A stretch of 64,000 nucleotides of DNA from an uncultured Actinomycetota bacterium (GTDB taxonomy: Bacteria; Actinomycetota; Actinomycetes; Propionibacteriales; Propionibacteriaceae). Shown one piece after another: positions 39,434 to 49,762 of the stretch. The notes under the pieces are model-generated. The model saw only the letters and a program-made list of their open reading frames with translations. It was not told the DNA's origin and ran no database searches. Within the stretch, counting starts at the first letter, position 1, and each line of letters starts with the position of its first letter. The translations under genes were made by a program, and so were the position numbers. The stretch spans positions 40,306-104,305 of the forward strand of contig CAWBUC010000020.1 in assembly GCA_963791865.1 (NCBI GenBank), written 5' to 3'.

Positions 39434-39583
39434 TCCGGCTCGCGCACGCTGTGTTCTCCGGCTCGCGCACGCTGCGCGCCTCATGACTCGGTCTTCCTCT
39501 CTCACTCGCAGACGAAAAAGCGTGTCTGCTCCTTCGCTCGTCCAGACCGAGCCGGCGCTCCGCTAACGACGCTCGCCGGGGTG
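39434..39583 (-). repeat. Single A+B repeat element, inverted relative to 15384-16009
   Basis: Reverse complement reads CACCCCGGCGAGCGTCGTTAGCGGAGCGCCGGCTCGGTCTGGACGAGCGAAGGAGCAGAC...GTCTGCGAGTGAGAGAGGAAGACCGAGTCA...GCGTGCGCGAGCCGGA. Confidence 0.92.
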
Positions 39584-39616
39584 TCGCCGGTGCGTGCTAC
39601 GACAGGAGCCGTGCCT

Positions 39617-39650
39617 CCGGTTCGCGCCCTGAGCCTGTCGAAGGGCCAAT
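39617..39650. repeat. REP-like element (CCCTGAGCCTGTCGAAGGG family)
   Basis: Related copies at 47434-47455 and 49735-49760 and inside the 87-bp coding repeat. Confidence 0.8.
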
Positions 39651-39676
39651 ATGCTCAGGCCCGAAAGGCTTCCCAC

Positions 39677-40885
39677 ATGACCGCCTCCCTGCCACGCATC
39701 TCCGACGAGCACCGCCGTGCGCGGTTGGTGGCGCGGCACCATCTGACCGGAGGTGCAGCCACACCGGAGGAGGCGGCCGCCTCCGTCGTCGTCCTGCACG
39801 CGACCGATCCCGCCACCGTCTTCTTGTCCGTGCTGGCTCGATCAGCTCAGTCGGATCTTGCCGCCGTCGCCCGAGCGCTCTACGACGACCGCACACTGGT
39901 TCGACTGATGGCCATGCGGCGGACGCTGTTCGTGGTGCCGCAGACGCTGGTGCCGATCGTGCACTACGGAGCGGCCCTGGAGATCGCCGCATTTCTCCGC
40001 AAGCGCCTGCTCAGCCAGCTCACCACCCTGCCGACCGAGCCGCCGGTCCCGGCCGACCCCATCCCATGGCTCGCCGCTGTCGAGGCCGACACCGCCGCGG
40101 CGCTGGAGAAGCTCGGGGTGGCCACCGGAGCGCAGCTTTCGGTCGCCGTGCCCCTTCTCCGGACGGCGTTCTTGCCAACCACCGACAAGAGCTACGACGT
40201 CCGCCGCAATGTCACCACCCAGGTGCTGACCCTGATGGGTGCCGAAGGCCGGATAGTGCGTGGTCGACCACGTGGTGCCTGGGCGTCTCGGCAGCACACG
40301 TGGGAATCGGCCGACCGCTGGTGGCCGTCCGGAATCCCCCCGCTGACCCCGGCGGAGGCAAGGTCCCGACTCGTCGAGGCGTATCTCGATCGATTCGGGC
40401 CGGCCACCGAGGCCGACATCGCCTGGTGGACCGGCTGGTCGCTGCGCCAGACACGAGCCGCGCTCGCCGGAGTGGCGACCGCAGAGGTCGCGGTGACCGA
40501 CGGGACCGGCATCGTGGCATCCACCGACCAGGAGACCCCGCCCCCGACAGCTCCCGTCGCCACCCTGTTGCCCGCCTTGGACCCGACCCCCATGGGGTGG
40601 AAGGCTCGGGATTGGTTCTTGCCGCCGGACCGTTCGGTTCGCGCTGCGCTCTACGATCGCAACGGAAACGTCGGCCCGACCGTCTGGTGGGGCGGCGAGA
40701 TCGTCGGTGGTTGGGCGGTGCGCCCCGATGGCGTCGTCGTCACGCGGCTGCTCGTCGACCGGGGCGCGGCGGCCGTTGAGGCCGTCGAGCAGGCCGCGGT
40801 GGTGCTCCAATCACGGCTGACCGGCGCGGTGGTGCCCTCCTTCGCCACCCCGTTGGAGCGTGAGCTGCGCGAGGCGGCCCCGTAG
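39677..40885 (+). CDS. Winged-helix HTH_42 / AlkZ-like DNA glycosylase family protein
   Basis: LHATDP, MRRTLF, YL.RFGPAT..D..WWTG, LLPALDP and GEIVGGW motifs. Confidence 0.87.
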   Translation: MTASLPRISDEHRRARLVARHHLTGGAATPEEAAASVVVLHATDPATVFLSVLARSAQSDLAAVARALYDDRTLVRLMAMRRTLFVVPQTLVPIVHYGAALEIAAFLRKRLLSQLTTLPTEPPVPADPIPWLAAVEADTAAALEKLGVATGAQLSVAVPLLRTAFLPTTDKSYDVRRNVTTQVLTLMGAEGRIVRGRPRGAWASRQHTWESADRWWPSGIPPLTPAEARSRLVEAYLDRFGPATEADIAWWTGWSLRQTRAALAGVATAEVAVTDGTGIVASTDQETPPPTAPVATLLPALDPTPMGWKARDWFLPPDRSVRAALYDRNGNVGPTVWWGGEIVGGWAVRPDGVVVTRLLVDRGAAAVEAVEQAAVVLQSRLTGAVVPSFATPLERELREAAP

Positions 40886-41023
40886 GCGAGTCGCACGCAA
40901 CCTCGCGACGTCTCGAGGGGTGACACTGTTGTGGGACACGCGAGCGTCCGGGCACCGGTGCTGGCCTCACCCGCTCGGCGAAGGGCAGGATCGGGCCAGC
41001 AGTCAGGCCAAAGGAGACGTTCC

Positions 41024-41881
41024 GTGGCGGAGGACAACGCACCCGGACAGTTGCGGCCACTGGGTGACCAACGTCGTCGGCACCGGTACGCCCTGATCGG
41101 AGCCGGCGTGCTCGTCGCCCTGCTCGGGGCCGGAGCCGGTGTGGTCGCAACGCCGGGCCTGCTGCGAGGTGGCGACCAGAGGGTGCCACCAGCCTCTGCG
41201 GCGGGCACTCCGGCGATGCAGAAGCCGACCGAGCCGAGCTCGGCGGCTACGCGCACGGTGACCGCCAAGAACCTGATGACGACCGATGAAGTGCCCGTCG
41301 AGGACGCGCGAGACCACCGTGCCGGTCATCGCCAAGGAGGGTGCTGGACGCTGGATCAACGAGATGTCGGTGTGCTGGGCCACCGTGGGCCGCATCGACC
41401 TCGGTGTCGTCAACACGGTCCAGCGGAACTTCCGGTACGACATCGTCGACCTCAGGGCGCCCCCGATCCCGGCCCGCTGCGCAACCAGCCGCGCATCTAC
41501 AACCAGGCGCTCCAGTTCGCCGACGCCGCGGCGGCCAAGAAGGCCCGAGACGTCTACGCGAGCTGGCTGGCGAGGTGTCCGGCCGAGCTCGAGGCCAAGG
41601 GCTACGAGGTCGTACCCGATCTGGGCTTCGTGAACGAGCGTGTCTCGGTGGAAGTTGGGGCACTGGTGAGTGAGGTGGTCTACCAGCGTCCCGGAGGCGT
41701 CGACGGTGACAACGCCTTCTGGGAGAGCGCCGGCCTCACCCTGGTCGAGGACCGCCTGATGGTCACCGTGTACCTGCACTACGGCGAGGACTTCAACGTC
41801 TCCTTCGACCAGTCGGAGGGCGACTTGCAGCATCCGCAACTGGCCCTGGTCGAATCCGCCGTAGAGCGCCTCCGAGCGTAG
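41024..41881 (+). CDS. Hypothetical membrane-anchored exported protein; probable compensating frameshifts near 41300-41450
   Basis: AAGGAG RBS, N-terminal TM (YALIGAGVLVALLGAGAGVVA); C-terminal domain looks folded. Confidence 0.55.
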   Translation: MAEDNAPGQLRPLGDQRRRHRYALIGAGVLVALLGAGAGVVATPGLLRGGDQRVPPASAAGTPAMQKPTEPSSAATRTVTAKNLMTTDEVPVEDARDHRAGHRQGGCWTLDQRDVGVLGHRGPHRPRCRQHGPAELPVRHRRPQGAPDPGPLRNQPRIYNQALQFADAAAAKKARDVYASWLARCPAELEAKGYEVVPDLGFVNERVSVEVGALVSEVVYQRPGGVDGDNAFWESAGLTLVEDRLMVTVYLHYGEDFNVSFDQSEGDLQHPQLALVESAVERLRA

Positions 41882-41959
41882 CGACCGGAGCTGGTTCGCC
41901 GCGTGCTTGGGGCAAGCTGGTGACAGCGAGATGAAAGCGGGATCGGCTGGAATGGGTCC

Positions 41960-42772
41960 ATGACCGAGTTCATCTGTCGCGCTCCGCGCTCCGCGGTCCC
42001 GGGCGGCCAGCACGATGCATCCGCTCTCGGCACCCTGTCTTCTCTAGGCACGACGGTGTCGCTCTGGGCCCACCCCGACGACGAGACGTACCTCGCGGGA
42101 GGCCTGATGGCAGCACTGACGTCGTCCGGCGTACGGGTGGTCTGTGTGACCGCCACCCGAGGAGACGGCGGCAACGGACTCGACCGCAGCGGGACCGCCG
42201 AGCAGCGAGCCGCCCTCGGACAGCTCCGGTCAACCGAGTTGACGGCCGCCCTCGCCGAACTGGGAGTCACCGAGCACCACTGGCTCGACTACCCGGACGG
42301 CGGACTTCCCGCCGTGGACTCCGAGGTGGCGATCGGCCGGCTGAGCGCGGTTCTCGAGGAGGTCGGCGCCGAGACCATACTCACCTTCGGCCCGGACGGC
42401 TTCACCGGGCATCCCGACCACCAGACCGTCGCGACTTGGGGTCTCGTGGCCTCCGCCCGCGCCACTCGTCCGATCCGGCTGCTGCAGGCCGTCGTGGCCG
42501 AGGCGGACGCCGCCACGATCAAACCCATCGATGACCGATTCGGTGTCTACTACCTCGGAGTGGGACCACCCGTCGTGGCGGACGACGATGTCAGCCTGCG
42601 GCTGGTCCTTCGCGGCGCAGATCTCCAGCGCAAGATCACCGCGTTGCAGCACCAGGCCAGCCAGACGGCCGAGGTCTTCGCCGCGCTCGGGACGGAGGCT
42701 TTCGGGCAGTGGGTGGCATCCGAGTCCTTCCGGGAGGCGACCCCGCTGGCCGAATCGGTTGGCCCTGGTTAA
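41960..42772 (+). CDS. PIG-L / LmbE family deacetylase
   Basis: AHPDDE, TATRGD, YPDG, TGHPDH and HQASQ motifs. Confidence 0.92.
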   Translation: MTEFICRAPRSAVPGGQHDASALGTLSSLGTTVSLWAHPDDETYLAGGLMAALTSSGVRVVCVTATRGDGGNGLDRSGTAEQRAALGQLRSTELTAALAELGVTEHHWLDYPDGGLPAVDSEVAIGRLSAVLEEVGAETILTFGPDGFTGHPDHQTVATWGLVASARATRPIRLLQAVVAEADAATIKPIDDRFGVYYLGVGPPVVADDDVSLRLVLRGADLQRKITALQHQASQTAEVFAALGTEAFGQWVASESFREATPLAESVGPG

Positions 42773-42782
42773 GGATCGTCCC

Positions 42783-43490
42783 ATGGTGGCGGCGCTGGGG
42801 TGGGGGGCACTGGCCGCATCGTCGCTCGTCATCGGCGCGCTGCTGGGCATGATCTACACGTGGCGGAACATCGTCCTCGGCTGCGTGCTGGCCTTCGGTG
42901 CGGGCGCCCTGATTGCCAGCGTCGCGTTCGAACTGGCGCAGAAGGGCATCCAGGTCGCCGGGCCGGGACCGGTCGCCGTCGGTCTCGCCTTGGGCGCCGC
43001 GACGTACTTCCTCGCCAACCGGCGGGTCAAGCGCCTCGAGGCCACGCCCGGCGCCGCCGCCGGACTGCCGCTCGCCTTGGGCGCGCTGCTGGACGGCATT
43101 CCCGAACAGGCGGTGCTCGGTATAAGTCTTGAGCGCGGCGGCGGCATCAGCGTGGTACTGCTGGCCGCGGTCTTCGTCTCGAACCTTCCCGAGGCGGTTG
43201 GCTCCGCCTCCGCCATGGCGGCGGCTGGCTGGACCCGGCGCAAGATCATGGGGCTCTGGAGCATCGTGGCCGCGATCTGCATGCTGTCGACGGTCGGCGG
43301 TCACGCCCTTGCGAGAGTGACGGGTGGGCCGATGGAGGCACTCATCGACGGGTTCGCAGCCGGTGCCTTGTTGGTGATGATGACCGACGCGATGATTCCG
43401 GAGGCCAGGCACAAGGCCAAGGACTGGGCCGGTCTCGCGACGGTGCTGGGTTTCGCGGTTGCCGCCGGGCTGTCGACCCTGTCGGCCTGA
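42783..43490 (+). CDS. ZIP-family metal transporter
   Basis: AFGAGALI, LDGIPE, SNLPEA and AAGALLVM..D.MIPEA motifs. Confidence 0.88.
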   Translation: MVAALGWGALAASSLVIGALLGMIYTWRNIVLGCVLAFGAGALIASVAFELAQKGIQVAGPGPVAVGLALGAATYFLANRRVKRLEATPGAAAGLPLALGALLDGIPEQAVLGISLERGGGISVVLLAAVFVSNLPEAVGSASAMAAAGWTRRKIMGLWSIVAAICMLSTVGGHALARVTGGPMEALIDGFAAGALLVMMTDAMIPEARHKAKDWAGLATVLGFAVAAGLSTLSA

Positions 43491-43556
43491 GCATGTCGAT
43501 GTGACATCGAGCTTCCCCCAAGTCAACAGGGAAATCCAACCTCGCTGATCTGTTCG

Positions 43557-43603
43557 ACGAGGGGTTGGAGAGGGGTTGGACGAGGGGTTAGACGAGGGGT
43601 TAG
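43557..43603 (+). repeat. Four ~12-bp tandem units, each with a G4 tract
   Basis: ACGAGGGGTTGG AGAGGGGTTGG ACGAGGGGTTAG ACGAGGGGTTAG. Confidence 0.85.
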
Positions 43604-44346
43604 TCGTGCGGATGGGCCAACGCACCGAGCATGTCGCGGTTGAGCTGGTTGATCGTGTCCATGGGAATGCCCTTGGGGCACACGGCGACGCATTCGCCGA
43701 TGTTGGTGCAGCCGCCGAAACCCTCGGCGTCTTGTTGGGCGACCATGCCGCGCACGCGGGAGTGCCGCTCCGGCTGCCCCTGGGGCAGCAACGCGAGGTG
43801 CGTCACCTTTGCGGCGGTGAACAGCATCGCCGAGCCGTTCGGGCAGGCGGCGACGCACGCGCCGCAACCGATGCAGGTCGCCGCGTCGAACGCGTGATCG
43901 GCATCCCTCTTCGGGATCGGTGTCGCGTGCGCATCCGGTGCCGTGCCGGTCGGGGCGGAGATGAAGCCCCCGGCCTGGATGATCCGGTCGAAAGCCCCCC
44001 GGTTGACGACGAGGTCCTTGATCACCGGGAACGGCTCGGCCCGCCACGGCTCGATGTCGATCAGGGCCCCGTCCGAGAACGAGCGCATGTGGAGTTGGCA
44101 GGTCGTGGTCTGCAACGGACCGTGCGGTACGCCGTCGATGACCAGTCCGCACTGACCGCAGATGCCCTCCCGGCAGTCACTGTCGAAGGCGATGGGCTCC
44201 TCGCCACGAGACGTCAACCGTTCGTTCAGGACGTCCAGCATCTCCAGGAACGACATGTGCTCGCTGATGTCGGGCACGTGGTACCCGACCATCCGGCCCG
44301 GCGAATCAGGTCCGTCCTGTCGCCAAACCCGGACGGTAACGTTCAC
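43600..44346 (-). CDS. sdhB: Succinate dehydrogenase/fumarate reductase iron-sulfur subunit
   Basis: [22 protein letters not shown] and [14 protein letters not shown] motifs. Confidence 0.96.
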   Translation of the reverse strand: MNVTVRVWRQDGPDSPGRMVGYHVPDISEHMSFLEMLDVLNERLTSRGEEPIAFDSDCREGICGQCGLVIDGVPHGPLQTTTCQLHMRSFSDGALIDIEPWRAEPFPVIKDLVVNRGAFDRIIQAGGFISAPTGTAPDAHATPIPKRDADHAFDAATCIGCGACVAACPNGSAMLFTAAKVTHLALLPQGQPERHSRVRGMVAQQDAEGFGGCTNIGECVAVCPKGIPMDTINQLNRDMLGALAHPHD

Positions 44347-44525
44347 TTTTTCTGGCCTTGTCGGCTCGCGCTCGCTTCGCGCTGTGTTGTCCGGCTCGCG
44401 CTCGCTGCGCGCCCCATGGCTGCGTCTTCCTCTCTCGCTCGCAGACGAAAAGCGTGTCTGCTCCCTCGTTCGTCCAGACGCAGCCGGCGCTCCGCTACCC
44501 GACGCTCGCCGGTGGTCGTGCTCAC
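44343..44525 (-). repeat. Diverged A+B repeat copy forming a 60-aa micro-ORF coupled to sdhA and sdhB
   Basis: 44360-44512 resembles 39434-39583; the ORF start overlaps the sdhA stop (GTGA) and its stop overlaps the sdhB start (GTGA). Confidence 0.8.
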
Positions 44526-46519
44526 TTGTAGGACCTCTGCTTCATCTCGACGTACTCATACACCAGGGGCTCCTTGTGGAGGATCGGCTTGGACCCATTG
44601 CCGTTGAGGCTGTCGCCGCCGAACTCCCAGGCCGAGACGTAGGCGAACTCGTCGTCGTGGCGCAGCGCCTCACCGTCTTCGGTCTGCGACTCGGCGCGGA
44701 AGTGCCCACCACATGATTCCCGCCGGACCAACGCATCGATGCACATGAGCTCACCGAGTTCGAAGAAGTCGGCCACGCGACCCGCGCGCTCCAGCGCCTG
44801 GTTCAGCTCCTCGCCGGTGCCGAGCACCAAGACGTCGGACCAGAACTCGGCCTTGAGCTCGCGGATGCGTGTGATGGCCTTGCGCAAACCCTCCTCGCTG
44901 CGCTCCATCCCGCAGTAGTCCCACATGACGTGACCCAGCTCACGGTGGAACGAGTCGACGGTCCGGCTGCCTTTGATCGACAGGAGTTTGTCGATCCGCT
45001 GCCGGACCGCTTGCACGGCCTGGGCCGCCGCCGGATGGTACTCGTCGACCCTGGGGAACGGCCCGGCGGCCAGGTAGTCGTTGATCGTGTTGGGCAGCAC
45101 GAAGTAGCCGTCGGCCAGGCCCTGCATCAGCGCACTGGCCCCGAGCCGGTTGGCGCCGTGATCGGAGAAGTTGGCTTCACCGGCGACGAAGAGCCCCGGA
45201 ATCGTGGACTGCAGGTCGTAGTCCACCCATAGCCCGCCCATGGTGTAATGCACGGCCGGATAGATCCGCATCGGCGTCTCGTAAGGGTTCTCGCCGGTGA
45301 TCTGGGCGTACATGTCGAAGAGGTTGCCGTACTTGGCCTCGACCGCCTTGCGGCCCAGCCGCTTGATCGCATCGGCGAAGTCGAGGTACACGCCGAGACC
45401 GCCGGGGCCGACTCCCCGACCCTCGTCGCAGACGTTCTTGGCTGCGCGCGAGGCGATGTCACGGGGCACCAGATTGCCGAAGGCGGGGTAGATCCGCTCC
45501 AGGTAGTAGTCGCGCTCGTTCTCGGGGATCTGACGCGGGTCGCGCTTGTCCTCGCCGGACTTCGGTACCCAGATGCGGCCGTCGTTGCGGAGCGACTCGC
45601 TCATCAAGGTGAGCTTGGACTGGTGATCACCCGAGACCGGGATGCAGGTCGGGTGGATCTGCGTGTAGCACGGGTTGGCGAAGTAGGCACCCTTCCGGTG
45701 GGCCCGCCAGGTCGCGGTGACGTTGCAGCCCATTGCGTTCGTGGACAGGAAGAACACGTTCCCGTAGCCGCCGGTCGCGAGCACGACCGCGTCAGCGAAG
45801 AACGGCTTGATCTCCCCGCTGACCATGTCGCGGATCACGACCCCGCGGGCCAACCCGTCGACCACGATCAACTCGAGCATCTCGTGCCGGGTGTGCATCT
45901 CGACGGTGCCGGCCGCGACCTGACGCTCCAGGGCCTGGTAGGCGCCGATCAACAGCTGCTGACCGGTCTGGCCGCGGGCGTAGAAGGTACGGGACACCTG
46001 GACACCGCCGAAGGAGCGGTTGTCGAGCAGCCCGCCGTACTCGCGCGCAAACGGAACCCCTTGGGCGACGCACTGGTCGATGATCTGCACGCTGACCTGG
46101 GCCAGCCGGTAGACGTTGGACTCCCGCGCCCGGAAGTCCCCGCCCTTAACCGTGTCGTAGAAGAGCCGGTAGATCGAGTCGCCGTCGTTGCGGTAGTTCT
46201 TCGCCGCGTTGATCCCGCCCTGGGCGGCGATCGAGTGGGCTCGACGAGGTGAGTCCTGATAGCAAAAGCTGGTGACCTGGTAGCCGGCCTCACCCAGGGT
46301 GGCCGCGGCCGAAGCACCGGCCAGACCGGTGCCGACGATGATCACGCTCAGCTTGCGGCGGTTCGCCGGATTCACGAGCCTGGCGTTGAACCTGCGCTCT
46401 TCCCACTGCCGTTCGATCGCGACGGCGGGAGCCTTGGTGTCCGCAATGTCGCGACCTTCGGTGTAGATGGCATCGGCGTCGATGGAGAGCGAGTCGTCGC
46501 GTTGCCAGGGAAGTCTCAT
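44522..46519 (-). CDS. sdhA: Succinate dehydrogenase/fumarate reductase flavoprotein subunit
   Basis: [32 protein letters not shown] and [10 protein letters not shown] motifs. Confidence 0.97.
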   Translation of the reverse strand: MRLPWQRDDSLSIDADAIYTEGRDIADTKAPAVAIERQWEERRFNARLVNPANRRKLSVIIVGTGLAGASAAATLGEAGYQVTSFCYQDSPRRAHSIAAQGGINAAKNYRNDGDSIYRLFYDTVKGGDFRARESNVYRLAQVSVQIIDQCVAQGVPFAREYGGLLDNRSFGGVQVSRTFYARGQTGQQLLIGAYQALERQVAAGTVEMHTRHEMLELIVVDGLARGVVIRDMVSGEIKPFFADAVVLATGGYGNVFFLSTNAMGCNVTATWRAHRKGAYFANPCYTQIHPTCIPVSGDHQSKLTLMSESLRNDGRIWVPKSGEDKRDPRQIPENERDYYLERIYPAFGNLVPRDIASRAAKNVCDEGRGVGPGGLGVYLDFADAIKRLGRKAVEAKYGNLFDMYAQITGENPYETPMRIYPAVHYTMGGLWVDYDLQSTIPGLFVAGEANFSDHGANRLGASALMQGLADGYFVLPNTINDYLAAGPFPRVDEYHPAAAQAVQAVRQRIDKLLSIKGSRTVDSFHRELGHVMWDYCGMERSEEGLRKAITRIRELKAEFWSDVLVLGTGEELNQALERAGRVADFFELGELMCIDALVRRESCGGHFRAESQTEDGEALRHDDEFAYVSAWEFGGDSLNGNGSKPILHKEPLVYEYVEMKQRSYK

Positions 46520-47230
46520 CTACCGCACCAATCCGAAGAAGATCGCCAGCGGTGGCAGCAGGAAGCCGACCGTGATCACAGCCGCCACCAGATAGGCGAG
46601 GAGGTTGAGCCGATATCGCGCCTTCACGCTGCCGTTGAGTCCGAGCGTGGTCAATGCGCTGTACGTTCCGTGCCGCAGGTGCAGGCACACCGCGATCATG
46701 GCGATCACGTACGAGAGCGTCACCCACCAGATCTGGAAACCGTTGACCAGCCGCTCATACGGACTGTCGGAGGCTCCGCCCGGAGCGACGACGTTCCAGG
46801 TCAGATGCAGCAGGTGATAGACCACGAAGAGCGCAATCGTCACCCCGCCCCAGCGCAGGGTGAAGGAGGCGTAGCTGCGCTGCACACCGGTCTTGGCCTT
46901 GCTGCTGTAGTAACGCTTGGTACCGCCCCGTGCTGTTCGAGCCCGTCGCCACAGCGTCAACGCAGCGTAGACGTGAGCGACGACGCTGACCACAAGCACC
47001 ACCCGGACCACCCAGAGCAGCCCGGAGTACGGCAGCACGGGTTCACCGATGATCCGGAGGTGGTGGGCGTACTCGTCGAACTTGGCCTGGCCCTCGAACA
47101 CCTTGAGGTTGCCGTACATGTGCAAGACCAGGTAGCCGAGCATGATCAGGCCGGAGACCGCCATGATCACCTTGAGCGCGACCGTAGAGCGCGCCGCACT
47201 GCGCGCCGGGGCCAAGGAAGTTACCGCCAC
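46520..47230 (-). CDS. sdhC: Succinate dehydrogenase cytochrome b subunit
   Basis: KVIMAVSG..HM.GNL; five TM segments with heme-ligand histidines (HLRHG). Confidence 0.93.
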   Translation of the reverse strand: MAVTSLAPARSAARSTVALKVIMAVSGLIMLGYLVLHMYGNLKVFEGQAKFDEYAHHLRIIGEPVLPYSGLLWVVRVVLVVSVVAHVYAALTLWRRARTARGGTKRYYSSKAKTGVQRSYASFTLRWGGVTIALFVVYHLLHLTWNVVAPGGASDSPYERLVNGFQIWWVTLSYVIAMIAVCLHLRHGTYSALTTLGLNGSVKARYRLNLLAYLVAAVITVGFLLPPLAIFFGLVR

Positions 47231-47433
47231 ACGCCCAAATCTAGAGCGTTTGGCCAGGCTTTCCGAAGTAAGGCCACCCTGGTAACTGGTCTGATCAGCG
47301 TAATCACGCCTACGGTGTGCTGGACTTCACACGACTTGCCCTCTCCGGGCTGACGCAAAAACACCGCGCACGCGAAGTAAAACGATTCAGTAAAGGCTTT
47401 CCCGAAACTCACGGCACTCTTACGTCAAAGTCG

Positions 47434-47455
47434 CTTCGACAGGCTCAGGGCGCGA
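47434..47455. repeat. REP-like element copy
   Basis: CTTCGACAGGCTCAGGGCGCGA. Confidence 0.75.
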
Positions 47456-47473
47456 GTGCCACTGCGCCTTCGA

Positions 47474-48478
47474 TCACAAACCGCGGCGGCTGGCGGCCTC
47501 GGTGACCGTGCGGGACCACCACGCCAGCTCGTCAGGGTCGCCGACGGCCTTCTCCCACGCGAAGGTGGCCATGATGCCGATCAGGCAGAGGTCGAGTTGA
47601 CGCTGCCACCAGCCGGTGGTGTCACAACCCGCCGCCTCCAGGGCGGCCCGGTAGCGCGCGATCGCCGCCTCCTTGGGCTCTGGCAGGCGGGTCCGATTGA
47701 GGGCTAGGTACCAGACCAGTTCCCAGCAGGGCGGGGCCGCGCCGGGATACGCCCAATCCAAGACGACGCTGACGCCGTCCGGCCGACTGCCGAGGTTACC
47801 GAGCTTCCAGTCCCCGGCGACGAAGGTCTGGGGGGTTTCCATGATCATCCCGGCGAGGAGGTCCGGGTTTGCGTGAATGCGACTGACCAGTTCATGCAGG
47901 GCGGGATCGATCGTCGGGAGTCGTGCCCAGCCGCGCTCGGCGACCTGCAGGGCGCCCGGCACCGGATCCCTCGACAGCTCGGGGGCGATGGTCACGGGAG
48001 CGAAGAAGAGCAGCCGTTGCTGGACCGAACACAGTCCCAGATGATCTTGCCAATGCCAGTGATGCGCGTGCATGGCTGCCATGTGGCTGAGGAAACGCCC
48101 GTGCTGTGCCGCGGTGATCACGTCATCACCGGGTGGCACGAGATGCGCCGAGTAGTCGTGCATCAGCATGGCCAGGCGGGATGCGCCGGTCTCCGATGTC
48201 TCCAAGGCCATGCCGATCACCGCCGGATCGATCACCGTGGGCACATCCGCGTAGAGCCCGTTCCGCCAGACGGTGAGCTCCCAATGACTCGTGTTGCCGG
48301 TGCATCGCATGATCCAGTCCGACTCCGCGGAGACCAGCTTGAGGAAGCAGGACCGGCCGTCGATCGTTAGGGTCTCGAACGTCGAGCCCGACTTGGCGTC
48401 ACTGCTGCGCACCGGGCGGCGGTCGGTCGCGCCTCGCACCAATTCCTCGACCGTGCCCGCCACCCAGGCGTTCGTCAT
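47474..48478 (-). CDS. Aminoglycoside-phosphotransferase-like kinase
   Basis: [15 protein letters not shown] and WELVWYL motifs; ATGA overlap with the trmD stop. Confidence 0.78.
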   Translation of the reverse strand: MTNAWVAGTVEELVRGATDRRPVRSSDAKSGSTFETLTIDGRSCFLKLVSAESDWIMRCTGNTSHWELTVWRNGLYADVPTVIDPAVIGMALETSETGASRLAMLMHDYSAHLVPPGDDVITAAQHGRFLSHMAAMHAHHWHWQDHLGLCSVQQRLLFFAPVTIAPELSRDPVPGALQVAERGWARLPTIDPALHELVSRIHANPDLLAGMIMETPQTFVAGDWKLGNLGSRPDGVSVVLDWAYPGAAPPCWELVWYLALNRTRLPEPKEAAIARYRAALEAAGCDTTGWWQRQLDLCLIGIMATFAWEKAVGDPDELAWWSRTVTEAASRRGL

Positions 48479-49197
48479 CGCTCGCCTCCGGGGCCCAGTC
48501 TGGCAGCTTCGGGCGGGAGCAGGTCGGGGCGGCGCTCCGCGGTCCTGGCCAGGGCTTGCGCATGCCGCCAGGCCGCAATCTCGGCGTGGTGACCCGACAG
48601 CAGGATCTCTGGTACGTCGAGCCCGCGCCACGACGGCGGCTTGGTGTAGAGGGGGTACTCGAGTAGGCCGGCGTGAGCAGCCGAGTGCGACTCCTCCGTC
48701 AAGGACTGCGGGTTGCCGATGACGCCCGGCAGGAGTCGGACGACCGCCTCGATCACAACCAGCGCCGCCGCCTCGCCTCCGTTCAAAACGTAGTCGCCGA
48801 TGCTCAACTCCTCGGCGTGCAGGCGGGTCGCGGCGTCCTCGACGACCCGGGCATCGATGCCCTCGTAACGCCCGCACGCCAGCACCAGGTGCGCCTCCTG
48901 CGCCAGCTCGGCGGCCAGCGGTTGCGCGAACCGTGTCCCGGATGGGCTGAAGACCACCAGCCGGGTGTCCTCGCGGGCGACGGCGTCGAGTGCCTCACCC
49001 CATGGTTCGGGCCGCATCACCATGCCCGGCCCGCCGCCGTACGGGGCGTCGTCGACGGTCCGGTGCCGGTCGTGCGTCCAGTCACGCAGATCGTGAACGC
49101 CTAGCTCCACGAGGCCCGTCTCGATCGCGCGGCCGACCAGCGAGAGCCGCAGCGGAGCCAGATAGTCGGGGAAGATGCTGATCACGTCGATACGCAT
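48475..49197 (-). CDS. trmD: tRNA (guanine37-N1)-methyltransferase
   Basis: [32 protein letters not shown] and LLEYP.YTKP motifs. Confidence 0.98.
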   Translation of the reverse strand: MRIDVISIFPDYLAPLRLSLVGRAIETGLVELGVHDLRDWTHDRHRTVDDAPYGGGPGMVMRPEPWGEALDAVAREDTRLVVFSPSGTRFAQPLAAELAQEAHLVLACGRYEGIDARVVEDAATRLHAEELSIGDYVLNGGEAAALVVIEAVVRLLPGVIGNPQSLTEESHSAAHAGLLEYPLYTKPPSWRGLDVPEILLSGHHAEIAAWRHAQALARTAERRPDLLPPEAARLGPGGER

Positions 49198-49724
49198 CAC
49201 TGCTCGCCCCCGTCAGAGAGCAAGCCGGGCACGTCGGCGAGGACGAGCGTCCCGGCGTCCACGTCGATCTCCGGCACCAGCGCGACGACGAAGGGCACCA
49301 GCCGTTCGCCGTCGGAGGTCTGGATCTCCAGCACGTCGTGGGCCGGCAGATGCAACACGGCGCCAACTTGCCCGACCTCACGCCCGGCCGCGTCCAGCAC
49401 CCGAAGTCCGATCAGCTGCCGGTCGTAGAACTCCTCGGGCTCGTCAGGGCGCTCGCCCGACAACACGTCGGCCACCAAGGTGACGCCGCGCAGCGCCTCG
49501 GCGGTCCTGCGATCCGGAGCCTCGACGAAGCGGAGCAGCCACCGTCCGCTGTGCGCCCGGCTGGAGGCAATCGTGAGCACCCGGGACTCGCCCTCCTCTC
49601 GCAGCAGGGCACCGACGGCGAACCGCCGGTCGGGTTCATCGGTACGAAGACCGACGCTCACCTCGCCGCGCACGCCGTGGGGTCGTCCAACCACGCCGAC
49701 AACGACCTCGACTGTTTCTCTCAC
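49197..49724 (-). CDS. rimM: Ribosome maturation factor RimM
   Basis: [16 protein letters not shown] and LVPFV..LVP motifs. Confidence 0.96.
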   Translation of the reverse strand: MRETVEVVVGVVGRPHGVRGEVSVGLRTDEPDRRFAVGALLREEGESRVLTIASSRAHSGRWLLRFVEAPDRRTAEALRGVTLVADVLSGERPDEPEEFYDRQLIGLRVLDAAGREVGQVGAVLHLPAHDVLEIQTSDGERLVPFVVALVPEIDVDAGTLVLADVPGLLSDGGEQ

Positions 49725-49734
49725 GTACGTCAGC

Positions 49735-49760
49735 GGCCCTTCGAAAGGCTCAGGGCGCGA
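49735..49760. repeat. REP-like element copy between khpA and rimM
   Basis: GGCCCTTCGAAAGGCTCAGGGCGCGA. Confidence 0.75.
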
Positions 49761-49762
49761 CG

